IMG/VR virus record: IMGVR_UViG_3300048576_000580
Location: 1-29,134 of that record
Origin: a virus
Taxonomy: Duplodnaviria > Caudoviricetes
Length of the DNA: 29,134 nt
Reading direction: 5' to 3' (one strand)
Of this stretch, positions 8,641 through 17,349 are shown piece after piece (within the stretch, counting starts at the first letter, position 1; the number at the start of each line of letters is the position of its first letter). A model generated the notes under the pieces. It searched no databases, was not told the origin of the DNA, and worked only from the letters and a program-made list of their open reading frames with translations. A program made the translations under genes and the position numbers.

Positions 8641-9137
8641 TGATTTATCCTTTCAATAATATTTTGCAGGTCTTCAGGCGGTATAACCATAAACGGCCTT
8701 GCAGGAATAACAATAACGTAAGGCTTGACAGCTTTTTCAAAAGTCTTTTTATGTTTTCTGCCGGCAAAAACTGTTCTTACACTGCCGTCCTTGTAGTGCT
8801 TAGACCTAAAGCGGATATTCCGCCCGGGCATATTGATTGTAGCGCCTTCCTGCTGCGCCCTGGCATAAGCTGAAGATTTAGGACTTGTGAAAAGTGTTAC
8901 CAGCAGTTTATCATCATCAATAGTAGAAGAAATTTCAGATAGTGCACCAGTTACAACAAGGGTTTTTGTTCCGCGCAGTTTCCCCTTCTTTTTGGAAGGT
9001 ATCCACTTTGGCCGGCCGCCTTCTTCAAAATTGCGTTGTATGCTTCTTTTTGCTTCAGCTTCTACAATTCTAAGCTTTTTAACCAAAAGGCTGTTAATCT
9101 GCTGTAACAGCAGATTTTTTACGTCTTGTTCCGTCAT
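8637..9137 (-). CDS. Phage virion morphogenesis protein (Mu gpG / tail completion family)
   Basis: RNFEEGGRPKW, KTLVVTGAL, YARAQQEG, IPARPFM; AAAGGAG RBS before ATG 9137. Confidence 0.88.
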   Translation of the reverse strand: MTEQDVKNLLLQQINSLLVKKLRIVEAEAKRSIQRNFEEGGRPKWIPSKKKGKLRGTKTLVVTGALSEISSTIDDDKLLVTLFTSPKSSAYARAQQEGATINMPGRNIRFRSKHYKDGSVRTVFAGRKHKKTFEKAVKPYVIVIPARPFMVIPPEDLQNIIERINQ

Positions 9138-10683
9138 ATAAAAATACTCCTTTCCGTAAACTGTCAAGCTCTGCATAACCGGCCTTAGACTTATCCCCGG
9201 TAAGGCCGTCAATTGCAGTTACACCGTCAAGGTTAAAAAATATTTTTGTAATAATAATTTCCCCGGATGTAAAATTCTTAAAGCCCCAGGTTTCGTTTGG
9301 GTCATTTGCTTTGCGTGAAAATTTTCTTATATTTGCATCAGGATTAAGTAGGTTGCCGCCAACGGTGGAGTGTTTCCCTGGGGTCTCGGCGAAGGCTACC
9401 AGGGCCGAAGCAGAAAAGTGTAACACTTCATCTTCCTTAATCCCATTCATTATTTTTTGAATTCTCCGCCTGTGACAGCTTGCAATATTTATTATATTCC
9501 CTTTATCATAACCAACACTCATAAATATAATATCATCTCCTTCAGTCTTAAAACTGCGGAAAAACAAAAGCGCGCCCTTGCTGTCTTTTATTATTATTGC
9601 CGGGTCTTCAAGAGTAGGTTTCATTGCACCAAAGTAATTAGCCCTGCCGTCTTCTTTCAAAAGCATCTTTTCATACTGGCTTAAATATTCTCTTGTAGCA
9701 ACAAGTTTTCCTTTACCAAAAGGAGTATTAACTTCATTATTGGGAAACTCATTTTCCCAGTTTTCCGGCGTCAATTCCTTTTCAGGCAATTTAATGGAAT
9801 TGCTTTCAAGTATCTTATCAATCAATCCTTTACTTTGATAAGCGTTTACGCTATATGCGTAATTAAAAGTATTCTTAAACTCCTTATAATAATCAGCAAT
9901 ATTGAACTGCTGTTTAATCCATTTACCCCAGATGCTTTTTGCTTCTCCGCTGTTGCGCTGAAAATCCTTGGCAATGATACCGCGTTTTAACAGTGCATCA
10001 ACTGAAGCATCATCAAGTGAATGTATTTGTTCCGGGTTAATTGCTTTCAGCTCTTCAGCTGAAAGAGGTTTAATATAACAACGGCAATTCCAATCATTAG
10101 GCGGCCATATAACAAGCCAGACAGGGTCACTTGCATAATATACAGAGCCGTCAAGCAGGGCGTGAGCTTCACGCACCCGGTTATCCCGGCGCGTACAATA
10201 CATATAAGCCGGGTAAATGTCCTGGAGCTTTTGCAGCTTTATCCATTCCGCAGCGTGATAAGCTGAAGTTGCAGCAGTCCTTAAGTTGGTCTTAAGGTCT
10301 GAAGGAGACGGCATATTCTGTACGGGTATATAATCAGCCAGAATATTATAGGCTTCGTCTTGAAACAATGAGTATCTATCGCTTTCCGGGTTATCAATTA
10401 GATATTTGTGTTTGCCGGAAAGTATTTCAAGAGCCAGGGCTTTCAGCTTTTCTTCAAGCTCATAACTTTTAACAGACGCAACGGTAAAGGCTTCAACCTG
10501 AAAGTTCTTTAATACTTCGTTATCTATGCCGGTATAACTGCGGTCAAATAGAGGATTAGGTTCACTAAAGCCGAGAATGTTTTTTTTGTTATGCTTTATA
10601 ACTGCATCCTGCCCTTTAATATAGCCCTTTACGATTTCCGCATAGAGCTTAGAACCTATATATTTATACAGGAACAAATTCAA
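9094..10683 (-). CDS. MuF (gpF/SPP1 gp7) minor head protein with C-terminal PBECR-like nuclease extension
   Basis: DNRVREAHALLDG...WPPNDWNCRC; C-terminal ELTPENW...YFGAMKPTLEDP...LLFFRSF. Confidence 0.85.
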   Translation of the reverse strand: MNLFLYKYIGSKLYAEIVKGYIKGQDAVIKHNKKNILGFSEPNPLFDRSYTGIDNEVLKNFQVEAFTVASVKSYELEEKLKALALEILSGKHKYLIDNPESDRYSLFQDEAYNILADYIPVQNMPSPSDLKTNLRTAATSAYHAAEWIKLQKLQDIYPAYMYCTRRDNRVREAHALLDGSVYYASDPVWLVIWPPNDWNCRCYIKPLSAEELKAINPEQIHSLDDASVDALLKRGIIAKDFQRNSGEAKSIWGKWIKQQFNIADYYKEFKNTFNYAYSVNAYQSKGLIDKILESNSIKLPEKELTPENWENEFPNNEVNTPFGKGKLVATREYLSQYEKMLLKEDGRANYFGAMKPTLEDPAIIIKDSKGALLFFRSFKTEGDDIIFMSVGYDKGNIINIASCHRRRIQKIMNGIKEDEVLHFSASALVAFAETPGKHSTVGGNLLNPDANIRKFSRKANDPNETWGFKNFTSGEIIITKIFFNLDGVTAIDGLTGDKSKAGYAELDSLRKGVFLYDGTRRKKSAVTAD

Positions 10684-11072
10684 AATACACCTCTGTCAAA
10701 AAGGCATCCGTCACTGCCGTATTGTATTTGTCCTTCAGCCTGTTCTGCCTGTACACCGTCAATAATTACCTTACCGGCTGCAACATCTTTAAGATAATTT
10801 AGAGCTGCATCATATTTATCCCGGATACGTTCCGGGATGTCCTTGTACTGGATTCTGTCGTGAAGGTGGAAAACTGCAATATCATAGGAGACCTGTTTAA
10901 GTATATCCGGCACCGGTGTAAGGGGTAACTTAACGGCCGAGCCGATATAACCGTTTATTAAACTGTCAGCTGAAGAAATGGCGCTATTAAGGTTGTCATC
11001 AACACTATTAGTTAAAGTGTTTAATGTTTCCAGGTCAATCTTAGTAAGAAAATATTCTTTATTGCTGTACAT
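10680..11072 (-). CDS. Mu gp36-like (DUF1320) head-tail connector
   Basis: ADSLINGY...LPLTPVPDILK...DIA...YDAALNYLKDVAAGK. Confidence 0.88.
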   Translation of the reverse strand: MYSNKEYFLTKIDLETLNTLTNSVDDNLNSAISSADSLINGYIGSAVKLPLTPVPDILKQVSYDIAVFHLHDRIQYKDIPERIRDKYDAALNYLKDVAAGKVIIDGVQAEQAEGQIQYGSDGCLFDRGVF

Positions 11073-12489
11073 CTTCTACCTCCTTGAATATTTCAGCCAG
11101 GTAAGGATCTATTTCGGATTCAGGAACAAACTCACCGGTTGAAGAATCAGTGAACTTCTTATCCTTAAGGTAAGCGGCCAGGGCATTTTTAATAGTTGCC
11201 TTGGTATCGGTAATTTTAACAAGCTTCATCTTTGCCAGGCTTTCAAGTTCTTCTTGTTCCGGCTCATACCCCAGCTCTTTAAGGCAGATAAGAATTTTAC
11301 ATTTTATAAGCAGGTTATTGTCATCAACCTCTTCCTCATATACAATACCCGGATAATCTTCAAGATTATCATAATTTAGGTCAAGAAGCTTTTTAATAAG
11401 CGTGTTTACACTTTCTTTAACAAGTAGCATATCTGCAAGAGCAAAGTCGGCCCGTACCATATCGCCAACTTTCGCCTTGGCAAAACTTCCCGCCTGGCCT
11501 TGCTTGGTGGTCATATCCTGACCAAGCACCCTGACACTAATAGCGCTGTCAAGGTAATCAATGAAAGTTTTGAACAACTGGCTTGAATCTCCTTTTGCCT
11601 GATCGCCGGGGAATTCAATCTCCGCGCTATTTGGGATAATGGCAAAGAAGTTTTTACCAAAGTTTTTGACAGCGTTAAATAGTGTATTCCGGTCTTGCGG
11701 ATTCATTAACGGGTCATACTTTCCCAACACTGACGGGCTTGCAAATTTTTCCACATAAGAAGCAAAATCTTTAACACCATAGTTTTTGAAAAGGTATGCC
11801 CAAATAAGGCCGTCAATTGCTCCGTTCAAAAAGCCGTTTTGCTCATTGCCGTCAAAGCTGTGTACTTCCAGTAATTTATTCTCCTGGTCAAGTTCGATTA
11901 ATGGAAGCCGGGATAAATCAACTCTGTCCTGATTAGATGCGCTGCTTGCAGTCCTAAGTGTAAATGCACCTGCCTGGGCAATATCAAGAAATTTATATAT
12001 GTCCTGTTGGTCGTCATAACAAACTAAGTGATTCGGAATAAGCCGGACATCTTTTAATTCCAGTTTATCGCCAACAACTTTATATATTATTTCAAACAAA
12101 CTAACGCCCTGCAATTGTGCTTCTATGCAGTCGGTTAATAAGTTTGTAAAGTGTATATTCTTCAGATTCTTTTTAACAAAAGCAATAATCTCTTTTTGCT
12201 GTGCTTCAGGTACAGGTGAGTCTTCTTCGAATTTTATGGAATAGCTCTTACCGCAGATGCTGATTTTACGCGTTAAGCATACCCCGCCAATATGCAGATC
12301 GCGGCGTTTGATTTCTTCAAAGAGTAGTGACTTCCAGAAGTTAAGCCCTTTTCTGGCAGCTTCAAAATAGTTTTTTACCTGGCTGCTTTCCAGATTTGAA
12401 AAATCATCGGTATAAAGATTGTAAAGCTCGCGCGGATTTGACACCTTTATGGTCTTACTTTCAAAATATTCCGGCTCTTTTTTCTTCAT
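11059..12489 (-). CDS. Portal protein, Mu gp29/DUF935 family
   Basis: LFEEIKRRDLHIGG, EKFASPSVLGKY, ISVRVLGQDMTT; ATG 12489 with AGGA RBS. Confidence 0.9.
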   Translation of the reverse strand: MKKKEPEYFESKTIKVSNPRELYNLYTDDFSNLESSQVKNYFEAARKGLNFWKSLLFEEIKRRDLHIGGVCLTRKISICGKSYSIKFEEDSPVPEAQQKEIIAFVKKNLKNIHFTNLLTDCIEAQLQGVSLFEIIYKVVGDKLELKDVRLIPNHLVCYDDQQDIYKFLDIAQAGAFTLRTASSASNQDRVDLSRLPLIELDQENKLLEVHSFDGNEQNGFLNGAIDGLIWAYLFKNYGVKDFASYVEKFASPSVLGKYDPLMNPQDRNTLFNAVKNFGKNFFAIIPNSAEIEFPGDQAKGDSSQLFKTFIDYLDSAISVRVLGQDMTTKQGQAGSFAKAKVGDMVRADFALADMLLVKESVNTLIKKLLDLNYDNLEDYPGIVYEEEVDDNNLLIKCKILICLKELGYEPEQEELESLAKMKLVKITDTKATIKNALAAYLKDKKFTDSSTGEFVPESEIDPYLAEIFKEVEDVQQ

Positions 12490-12666
12490 TTTGTTATTTC
12501 CTGATTTACTTTTTATGAAAAACTTTTTTTTACAAAAAATATGCTGTTTTTTACGCTTTAATTTCCTTATCCGGGGTAAAGCAGGTAAAAGCATCACATA
12601 TTACAAACCAAAAACCTCCATAAATCGCTTATACGGGCATTTCTCACGAGGCAACGAGTAAATAGT

Positions 12667-12707
12667 AGTCAAAAAAATAGTTGAACGGATTTAACTTTTT
12701 TTTGACT
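12667..12707. repeat. Long imperfect inverted repeat
   Basis: AGTCAAAAAAA-t-AGTTGAA-cgga-TTTAACT-TTTTTTTGACT. Confidence 0.75.
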
Positions 12708-12727
12708 TTTCTCAAATAGCGTGAAAA
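12707..12727 (+). repeat. Internal copy of the right-end motif
   Basis: TTTTCTCAAATAGCGTGAAAA, identical to 26570-26590. Confidence 0.95.
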
Positions 12728-12867
12728 TATTTGCCGATTTTAGATTACTAAGTTGTTATTTATAAACCGTTTAACTTATATCAAATCAGTAAATTTTATT
12801 AAATCCATTCAACTTACTTATTTTTAATAAGTTACGGCTTGAAAAAAAGCTATTTTTTAATAGGTCA

Positions 12868-12891
12868 TTAAATAAGTAGCAACTTATTTAA
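12868..12891. repeat. Perfect 10-4-10 palindrome
   Basis: TTAAATAAGT-agca-ACTTATTTAA. Confidence 0.8.
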
Positions 12892-13077
12892 CGGATTTAA
12901 TTTTTTATAGCTAAAAAGAGGGCTTTTTGAATTTATTTTTCAGAAAATTTTACGAAATATTTGTAATTCAGCTCAAAAAACCACTATTTTGAAAAAACCG
13001 TGTCAAAAAAAGTGTACAAAAAAAGAAAACAAGGTGTTTTTTGCTTTCCTTTTTTCGTGCATTGCAAAAACACTTTT

Positions 13078-13479
13078 TTACATACCTATTTTAAGCGTAA
13101 CGCTGTATATTTCCACTCCGCCCGGTGCATATCCGTAAGGAGCAATAACCACATTCTGTATATCTACGGTCTGTAGTACATTTAACGGTATCTGATAACC
13201 GTTAAGAGTGTTGAAAATACTTTCGCACAAATCAACACATTCAAGCTCTTCAGTACTTTTGGTGCCTACAAGAAACTCAATGGCCCCGGAATATTTTAGT
13301 ATGGAACCGGATGTAGTAGCTTCACTGCTGCCAAATTTGGATAATCTGTAAAAGCAGGAAGGGAAAACCGGATTCCATTCACCTTCAGGTTCAAACTCTC
13401 CCTTGTATGATTTTATAACCAATTCAGGCGAATAAGTTTTTACCCGGTTTACAATATTTGTTATTATTTCTTTTAACAC
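13078..13479 (-). CDS. Mu gp37-like (DUF1834) tail terminator/neck protein
   Basis: IKSYKGEFE....PVFPSCF pattern; GTG 13479 preceded by TAAGGTG. Confidence 0.65.
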   Translation of the reverse strand: MLKEIITNIVNRVKTYSPELVIKSYKGEFEPEGEWNPVFPSCFYRLSKFGSSEATTSGSILKYSGAIEFLVGTKSTEELECVDLCESIFNTLNGYQIPLNVLQTVDIQNVVIAPYGYAPGGVEIYSVTLKIGM

Positions 13480-13633
13480 AATACACCTTAAAAAGTTGCT
13501 ATACAAATATACTTTTTCCTATCTATTTTAATATTGCTAAATAGTTGTTTTGCTCAATTCCAACAACTTTATTGTTGCTTTAATTTCCATTGCACAGTAA
13601 TTTTGAAGCGTATATAAACTAAAATTTATTTGT

Positions 13634-14608
13634 ATGAACGAGAAATTTTATAAGGTCTTTACGGCCGGCAGATACCCACAGGGAAACATAAGTGTTGAAG
13701 ACTTGCAGGAAGTTGTAAAAAACTATGACCCTGCATATTTTGAAGCACCATTAACATTAGACCACGCCGAGACCGGCCCGGTGTATGGCGCTGTAAACAA
13801 AGTTATGCTTCAGGGAAAAGATTTGCTTTGTTCCTTCACAAATCTGACACAGGATATTCTTGAACTAAACCGGGAAGGTAAATACAAAAAACCTTCGGTT
13901 GAAATAACCGAGTATGAAGACAAAGGAATGTATTTGCGGGCGGTTTCACTGGTTCCATTCCCGGCGGTTAAGAACTTACCGGCTATCCAGTTTTCTGAGA
14001 GAAACTCAACTTTCTTCTTCAATGAAGAAATTAATATAAATTTCAACAAACCTATTTATGAGGATAATAAAATGGATGTAAAAACATTCGCGGAAAAAAT
14101 CGGCATTAACATAGCTGATTTTTCAAGTGACCAGGATATTTTGGAAAACGCATTGACCATAGTAACACAGCTTAAAGCTGATATGGCTGCGCAGACTGAT
14201 AAAATTCAGTCTCTTAACATTTCACTGGCAAAATACTCTGAAATGGAAACAGCTGTAGAAGAACTAAAGAAAGAACGTAATGAGCTGCTTCTTTCCGATG
14301 CGGTAGCCGCCGGCAAGATTTCTAAAGACCAGGCAATTGAATTAAAGAAATTTGCTGAAGCTGATTTCGGGGCCTGCAAAAAGTTTATTGAATCACAGGC
14401 TGCACCAGCTGCTGCTGCTCCAAAATTTAAGCCGGAACTTACCCAGGCGGTTATAAAACCAATTATACCTGAGACCGGCAACAAGTTCTTTGATGATAAC
14501 GGTAAGAAAATTACCTACAAAGATGTTCTAGACAACCCAGCCCTGGCCAACAAATTTTCTGATACCGACATAGAAAGGATGCGCCAGGAATCAGAGATTT
14601 TTAATTAA
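13634..14608 (+). CDS. Prohead protease/scaffold (Mu gpI-like)
   Basis: NYDPAYFEAPLTLDH, GKYKKPSVE, YLRAVSLVPFPAVKNL; coiled-coil C-terminal half. Confidence 0.85.
   Translation: MNEKFYKVFTAGRYPQGNISVEDLQEVVKNYDPAYFEAPLTLDHAETGPVYGAVNKVMLQGKDLLCSFTNLTQDILELNREGKYKKPSVEITEYEDKGMYLRAVSLVPFPAVKNLPAIQFSERNSTFFFNEEININFNKPIYEDNKMDVKTFAEKIGINIADFSSDQDILENALTIVTQLKADMAAQTDKIQSLNISLAKYSEMETAVEELKKERNELLLSDAVAAGKISKDQAIELKKFAEADFGACKKFIESQAAPAAAAPKFKPELTQAVIKPIIPETGNKFFDDNGKKITYKDVLDNPALANKFSDTDIERMRQESEIFN
14072..14608 (+). CDS. Nested in-frame scaffold (Mu gpZ-like)
   Basis: GAGGA at 14060-14064 before in-frame ATG 14072, at the domain boundary. Confidence 0.55.
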   Translation: MDVKTFAEKIGINIADFSSDQDILENALTIVTQLKADMAAQTDKIQSLNISLAKYSEMETAVEELKKERNELLLSDAVAAGKISKDQAIELKKFAEADFGACKKFIESQAAPAAAAPKFKPELTQAVIKPIIPETGNKFFDDNGKKITYKDVLDNPALANKFSDTDIERMRQESEIFN

Positions 14609-14641
14609 TTATTTCCCATTAAACGTTAAATGGAGTGACAA

Positions 14642-15445
14642 ATGCCCTATTCAAAAAAACTCGTAGCAGATGCCGTTATTGCGGCGCTGACTGAAGGACT
14701 TGGTATTTACAACCTTTGCAACCGGTCTTATGACGGACTGGTAAAAGAAGACGCATCAAGTGTTGATATACCCGCCCTTCCAGATTTGGTGGTAAAGACT
14801 GCCGGCAGTGCCGGTGACTCTGCCGATCGTAAAGGTGTAAAAGGCGATACCTCAATGGTAAACGTTCCGCTTGATAAAGCAAGCGTGCCAATCAAAGATG
14901 AAATTCTTGCACAGTTTGAAACAAACGGAAAGCTATTGAAGGATTTCATTTCTGGTGCAAACAATTCTTTCATTCAGCACTTTGACACCAAGGTGCTTGA
15001 AACAGCAGTAGCCACTGACCAGGTTCTTCAGTGGAAAGGTGCAACATTAGCCTGGAAAGACATCACAGCGCTAAACAAAAAATTCAACACCAACAAGGTG
15101 CCGCGCAAAGGCCGTATAATTGTTATACCGTCTGCCCTTGAAGATGAATTTTATGATATTGATGTTGTAAAACAGGCAGTTGCTTATAACCGTGACCTGT
15201 TGGAAAACGGTATCGTAAAAGTACAGGGAATGACCTTCTTTGTTTCAGGCCTTTTACCGCAGGTTGGCGGCAAGGATGCCATTGTTGGTATTTACGGCCC
15301 TGGTCTTGCTTTTATTCTCTCAAGATTCTGTGAATTAAAACAGGCCTGGGACGGTGTAAACCTTCAGGACAACATTGATGTACTGAGTCATTTCGGTTAC
15401 AAATTATTGAACACAAAGTTTGCTGTAGTAAACGCAGCAGCGTAA
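14642..15445 (+). CDS. Major capsid protein (HK97 fold, P22-coat-like)
   Basis: Follows scaffold; NRSYDG, VPRKGRIIVIP, DVLSHFGYKLL motifs; GGAG RBS. Confidence 0.8.
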   Translation: MPYSKKLVADAVIAALTEGLGIYNLCNRSYDGLVKEDASSVDIPALPDLVVKTAGSAGDSADRKGVKGDTSMVNVPLDKASVPIKDEILAQFETNGKLLKDFISGANNSFIQHFDTKVLETAVATDQVLQWKGATLAWKDITALNKKFNTNKVPRKGRIIVIPSALEDEFYDIDVVKQAVAYNRDLLENGIVKVQGMTFFVSGLLPQVGGKDAIVGIYGPGLAFILSRFCELKQAWDGVNLQDNIDVLSHFGYKLLNTKFAVVNAAA

Positions 15446-15467
15446 TAAAAACAACCCCCATAGATAA

Positions 15468-15503
15468 CTGCCGGCTGTTTTATATCCGGGAAACGGCCGG
15501 CAG
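15468..15503 (+). terminator. Hairpin after the capsid gene (attenuator or mRNA stabiliser)
   Basis: CTGCCGGCTGTTT-10 nt-AAACGGCCGGCAG; no U-tract. Confidence 0.55.
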
Positions 15504-15515
15504 ATAATAACGAAT

Positions 15516-15986
15516 ATGAATAATACATTAAAATTTTTGATAATACATTGCACAGCCACTAAAGAGGGGCTTGATGTAAGCGCTAAGGCGATTGTTGATT
15601 ATCACACTAAACCTGTAAGCCAGGGCGGGCGCGGTTGGTCACGGCCCGGTTACAGTGAACTTTGCCTGCTTGACGGTACAATGGTTAATTTAAGGCCTTA
15701 TGATGAAGATAACCTTGTTTCCCCGGCAGAACTTACTAACGGCGCTGTTGGATACAACTATTGCAGCAGGCATATATGTTATGTCGGCGGCCTTGATGAA
15801 AACGGAAAGCCGAAAGATACCAGAACAGAAAAACAAAAAGAAGCCCTGGCCGATTACGTTAAAATGTTTCACGCATTGCACCCGGCAGCGGTAATATTAG
15901 GCCATAGGGATTTACCCGGCGTTTGCAAAGCCTGCCCAAGTTTTGACGTTAAAAATTGGCTAAAAGAAATAGGAATAAAGCAGTGA
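15516..15986 (+). CDS. Endolysin, N-acetylmuramoyl-L-alanine amidase (T7 lysozyme-like)
   Basis: IIHCTAT, ICYVGG, DTRT..QK, GHRD, KACPSFDV. Confidence 0.93.
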   Translation: MNNTLKFLIIHCTATKEGLDVSAKAIVDYHTKPVSQGGRGWSRPGYSELCLLDGTMVNLRPYDEDNLVSPAELTNGAVGYNYCSRHICYVGGLDENGKPKDTRTEKQKEALADYVKMFHALHPAAVILGHRDLPGVCKACPSFDVKNWLKEIGIKQ

Positions 15987-16231
15987 TAAAATGGCTAATC
16001 AGGCATAAAAATGTAGTAACTAATTACTGCGGTTTATTGGGCGGTATTGGAACTGCTTTTTTACTTACCATACATACTTTTGGTTTGTCGGTTCCGCAAT
16101 GGGTAAATATCCTGTCACTTATTTGTACAGCTGTCAGCATAGGTTTAATCGGTTGGTATTCAGGTAAAAATCCAGCTGATATGTTCCCGGTAAATTTACC
16201 GCTAAAAAACAACAATGAACAATTTGATTAA
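15983..16231 (+). CDS. Holin-like 2-TM protein
   Basis: Two hydrophobic segments; GTG overlaps the endolysin stop. Confidence 0.65.
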   Translation: MIKWLIRHKNVVTNYCGLLGGIGTAFLLTIHTFGLSVPQWVNILSLICTAVSIGLIGWYSGKNPADMFPVNLPLKNNNEQFD

Positions 16232-16244
16232 AGGAAATAATATT

Positions 16245-16733
16245 ATGAATTTTATTAATGGTTACAAGCGAAGTGCTATACTATTTATACTTATGATATT
16301 TTTATCAGTGTGTTTTTGGGGATGTGGCTCAACCCCGCAGAACTTAGTAAGAGACAGGGCCGTAACTGTTACAACGCCGGGTATTCACGATACACTTTAT
16401 GGAAAGGTAGATACTAATACCAACATATTGGGTTTAGCTGATACAAATAATATTATTGAATTGCCCTGGACTGCTTATCGTATAACAGATAAGGGAGATA
16501 CTTCAGCTAAAGCAACAGTTTATCCTAAACTAAGAAAAATTGCCCTGGACACAAAGCCACTTGCACAAATTATAACTATCAGAGATACTGTGCCGGTTCC
16601 AAAACCCGCTATTAAGGAAATAATAAAACCTTATCCAATATTGAGTAAGATTGGATTAATCGGAATTGGGGCCGGTACGGGCGTAATGCTTGCTATCCTT
16701 GGCAGGATGTATTTCAAAAAACCATTCGTTTAA
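16245..16733 (+). CDS. Lipoprotein with C-terminal TM helix, candidate unimolecular spanin
   Basis: Signal peptide ending FWG|C; T/V/D-rich middle; IGLIGIGAGTGVMLAILG followed by a basic tail. Confidence 0.65.
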   Translation: MNFINGYKRSAILFILMIFLSVCFWGCGSTPQNLVRDRAVTVTTPGIHDTLYGKVDTNTNILGLADTNNIIELPWTAYRITDKGDTSAKATVYPKLRKIALDTKPLAQIITIRDTVPVPKPAIKEIIKPYPILSKIGLIGIGAGTGVMLAILGRMYFKKPFV

Positions 16734-16772
16734 TTAATTACTAAATACTAATTACTATTTACTGGTTGAATT

Positions 16773-17159
16773 ATGGACTTATTTATATTTTTTGTGTTGA
16801 TGCTGATATTTACAACGCTGGAAAACTGGTTCCGGGAAGTTGAAAGATTTAATCCCGGTTTGTTAAATGGCCGGGCCGGCGCATACTGGCATCTTTCACA
16901 GCTTGCAGCTCTAATAATAACATTTTTCTATGTTGTATATACCAGGTATGGTATAGAAGCCGTAAAAACTTATACAACGCTTCTTTTACTTGGCTCGGTT
17001 TGGTTTGTATGTTATGACGGCTTATTAAATATCCTGCGCGGATTAAACTTTTTCCGCGTAAGCACGCAAAGCTCAGACCCTTTTCAGAAATTCGGGAAAC
17101 CGATTATAAAAATAATATTAATATCCGGTGCTTTTTTTATTTATTATTTTCTCAAATAG
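16773..17159 (+). CDS. Multi-pass membrane protein
   Basis: About four hydrophobic segments. Confidence 0.65.
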   Translation: MDLFIFFVLMLIFTTLENWFREVERFNPGLLNGRAGAYWHLSQLAALIITFFYVVYTRYGIEAVKTYTTLLLLGSVWFVCYDGLLNILRGLNFFRVSTQSSDPFQKFGKPIIKIILISGAFFIYYFLK

Positions 17160-17160
17160 T

Positions 17161-17349
17161 ATGAATAACTTTAAAAATATAGCTGATATTGTTTTAATGT
17201 GGTGTTTAAGCCTTACCGCCGTTTTTGGAGAGCTGGAAGGGCTGTTGCCGGTAACAGAACAGGTATTAAAGATACTTGCATTACTGGGCTCATTGATCTA
17301 TACATTTATTAAAATAAAAAAAGCTCTTAGCAAGGAGAAGACTAAATGA
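17161..17349 (+). CDS. Small holin-like membrane protein
   Basis: Two hydrophobic segments and a basic tail (EQVLKILALLGSLIYTFIKIKK). Confidence 0.55.
   Translation: MNNFKNIADIVLMWCLSLTAVFGELEGLLPVTEQVLKILALLGSLIYTFIKIKKALSKEKTK

Noticed and set aside
9138-9212. Upstream start of the gpG-like ORF at 9212
   Set aside because: Deep overlap with MuF; strong AAAGGAG RBS precedes ATG 9137
12490-12661. Portal N-terminal extension to 12597 and ORF 12449-12661
   Set aside because: ATG 12489 has an RBS; the extension and antisense ORF are low-complexity translations of AT-rich DNA
12707-12740. Internal motif as the true end of a separate mini-Mu
   Set aside because: Single site with no terminus-like sequence, and the genes on both sides complement each other as one virion set
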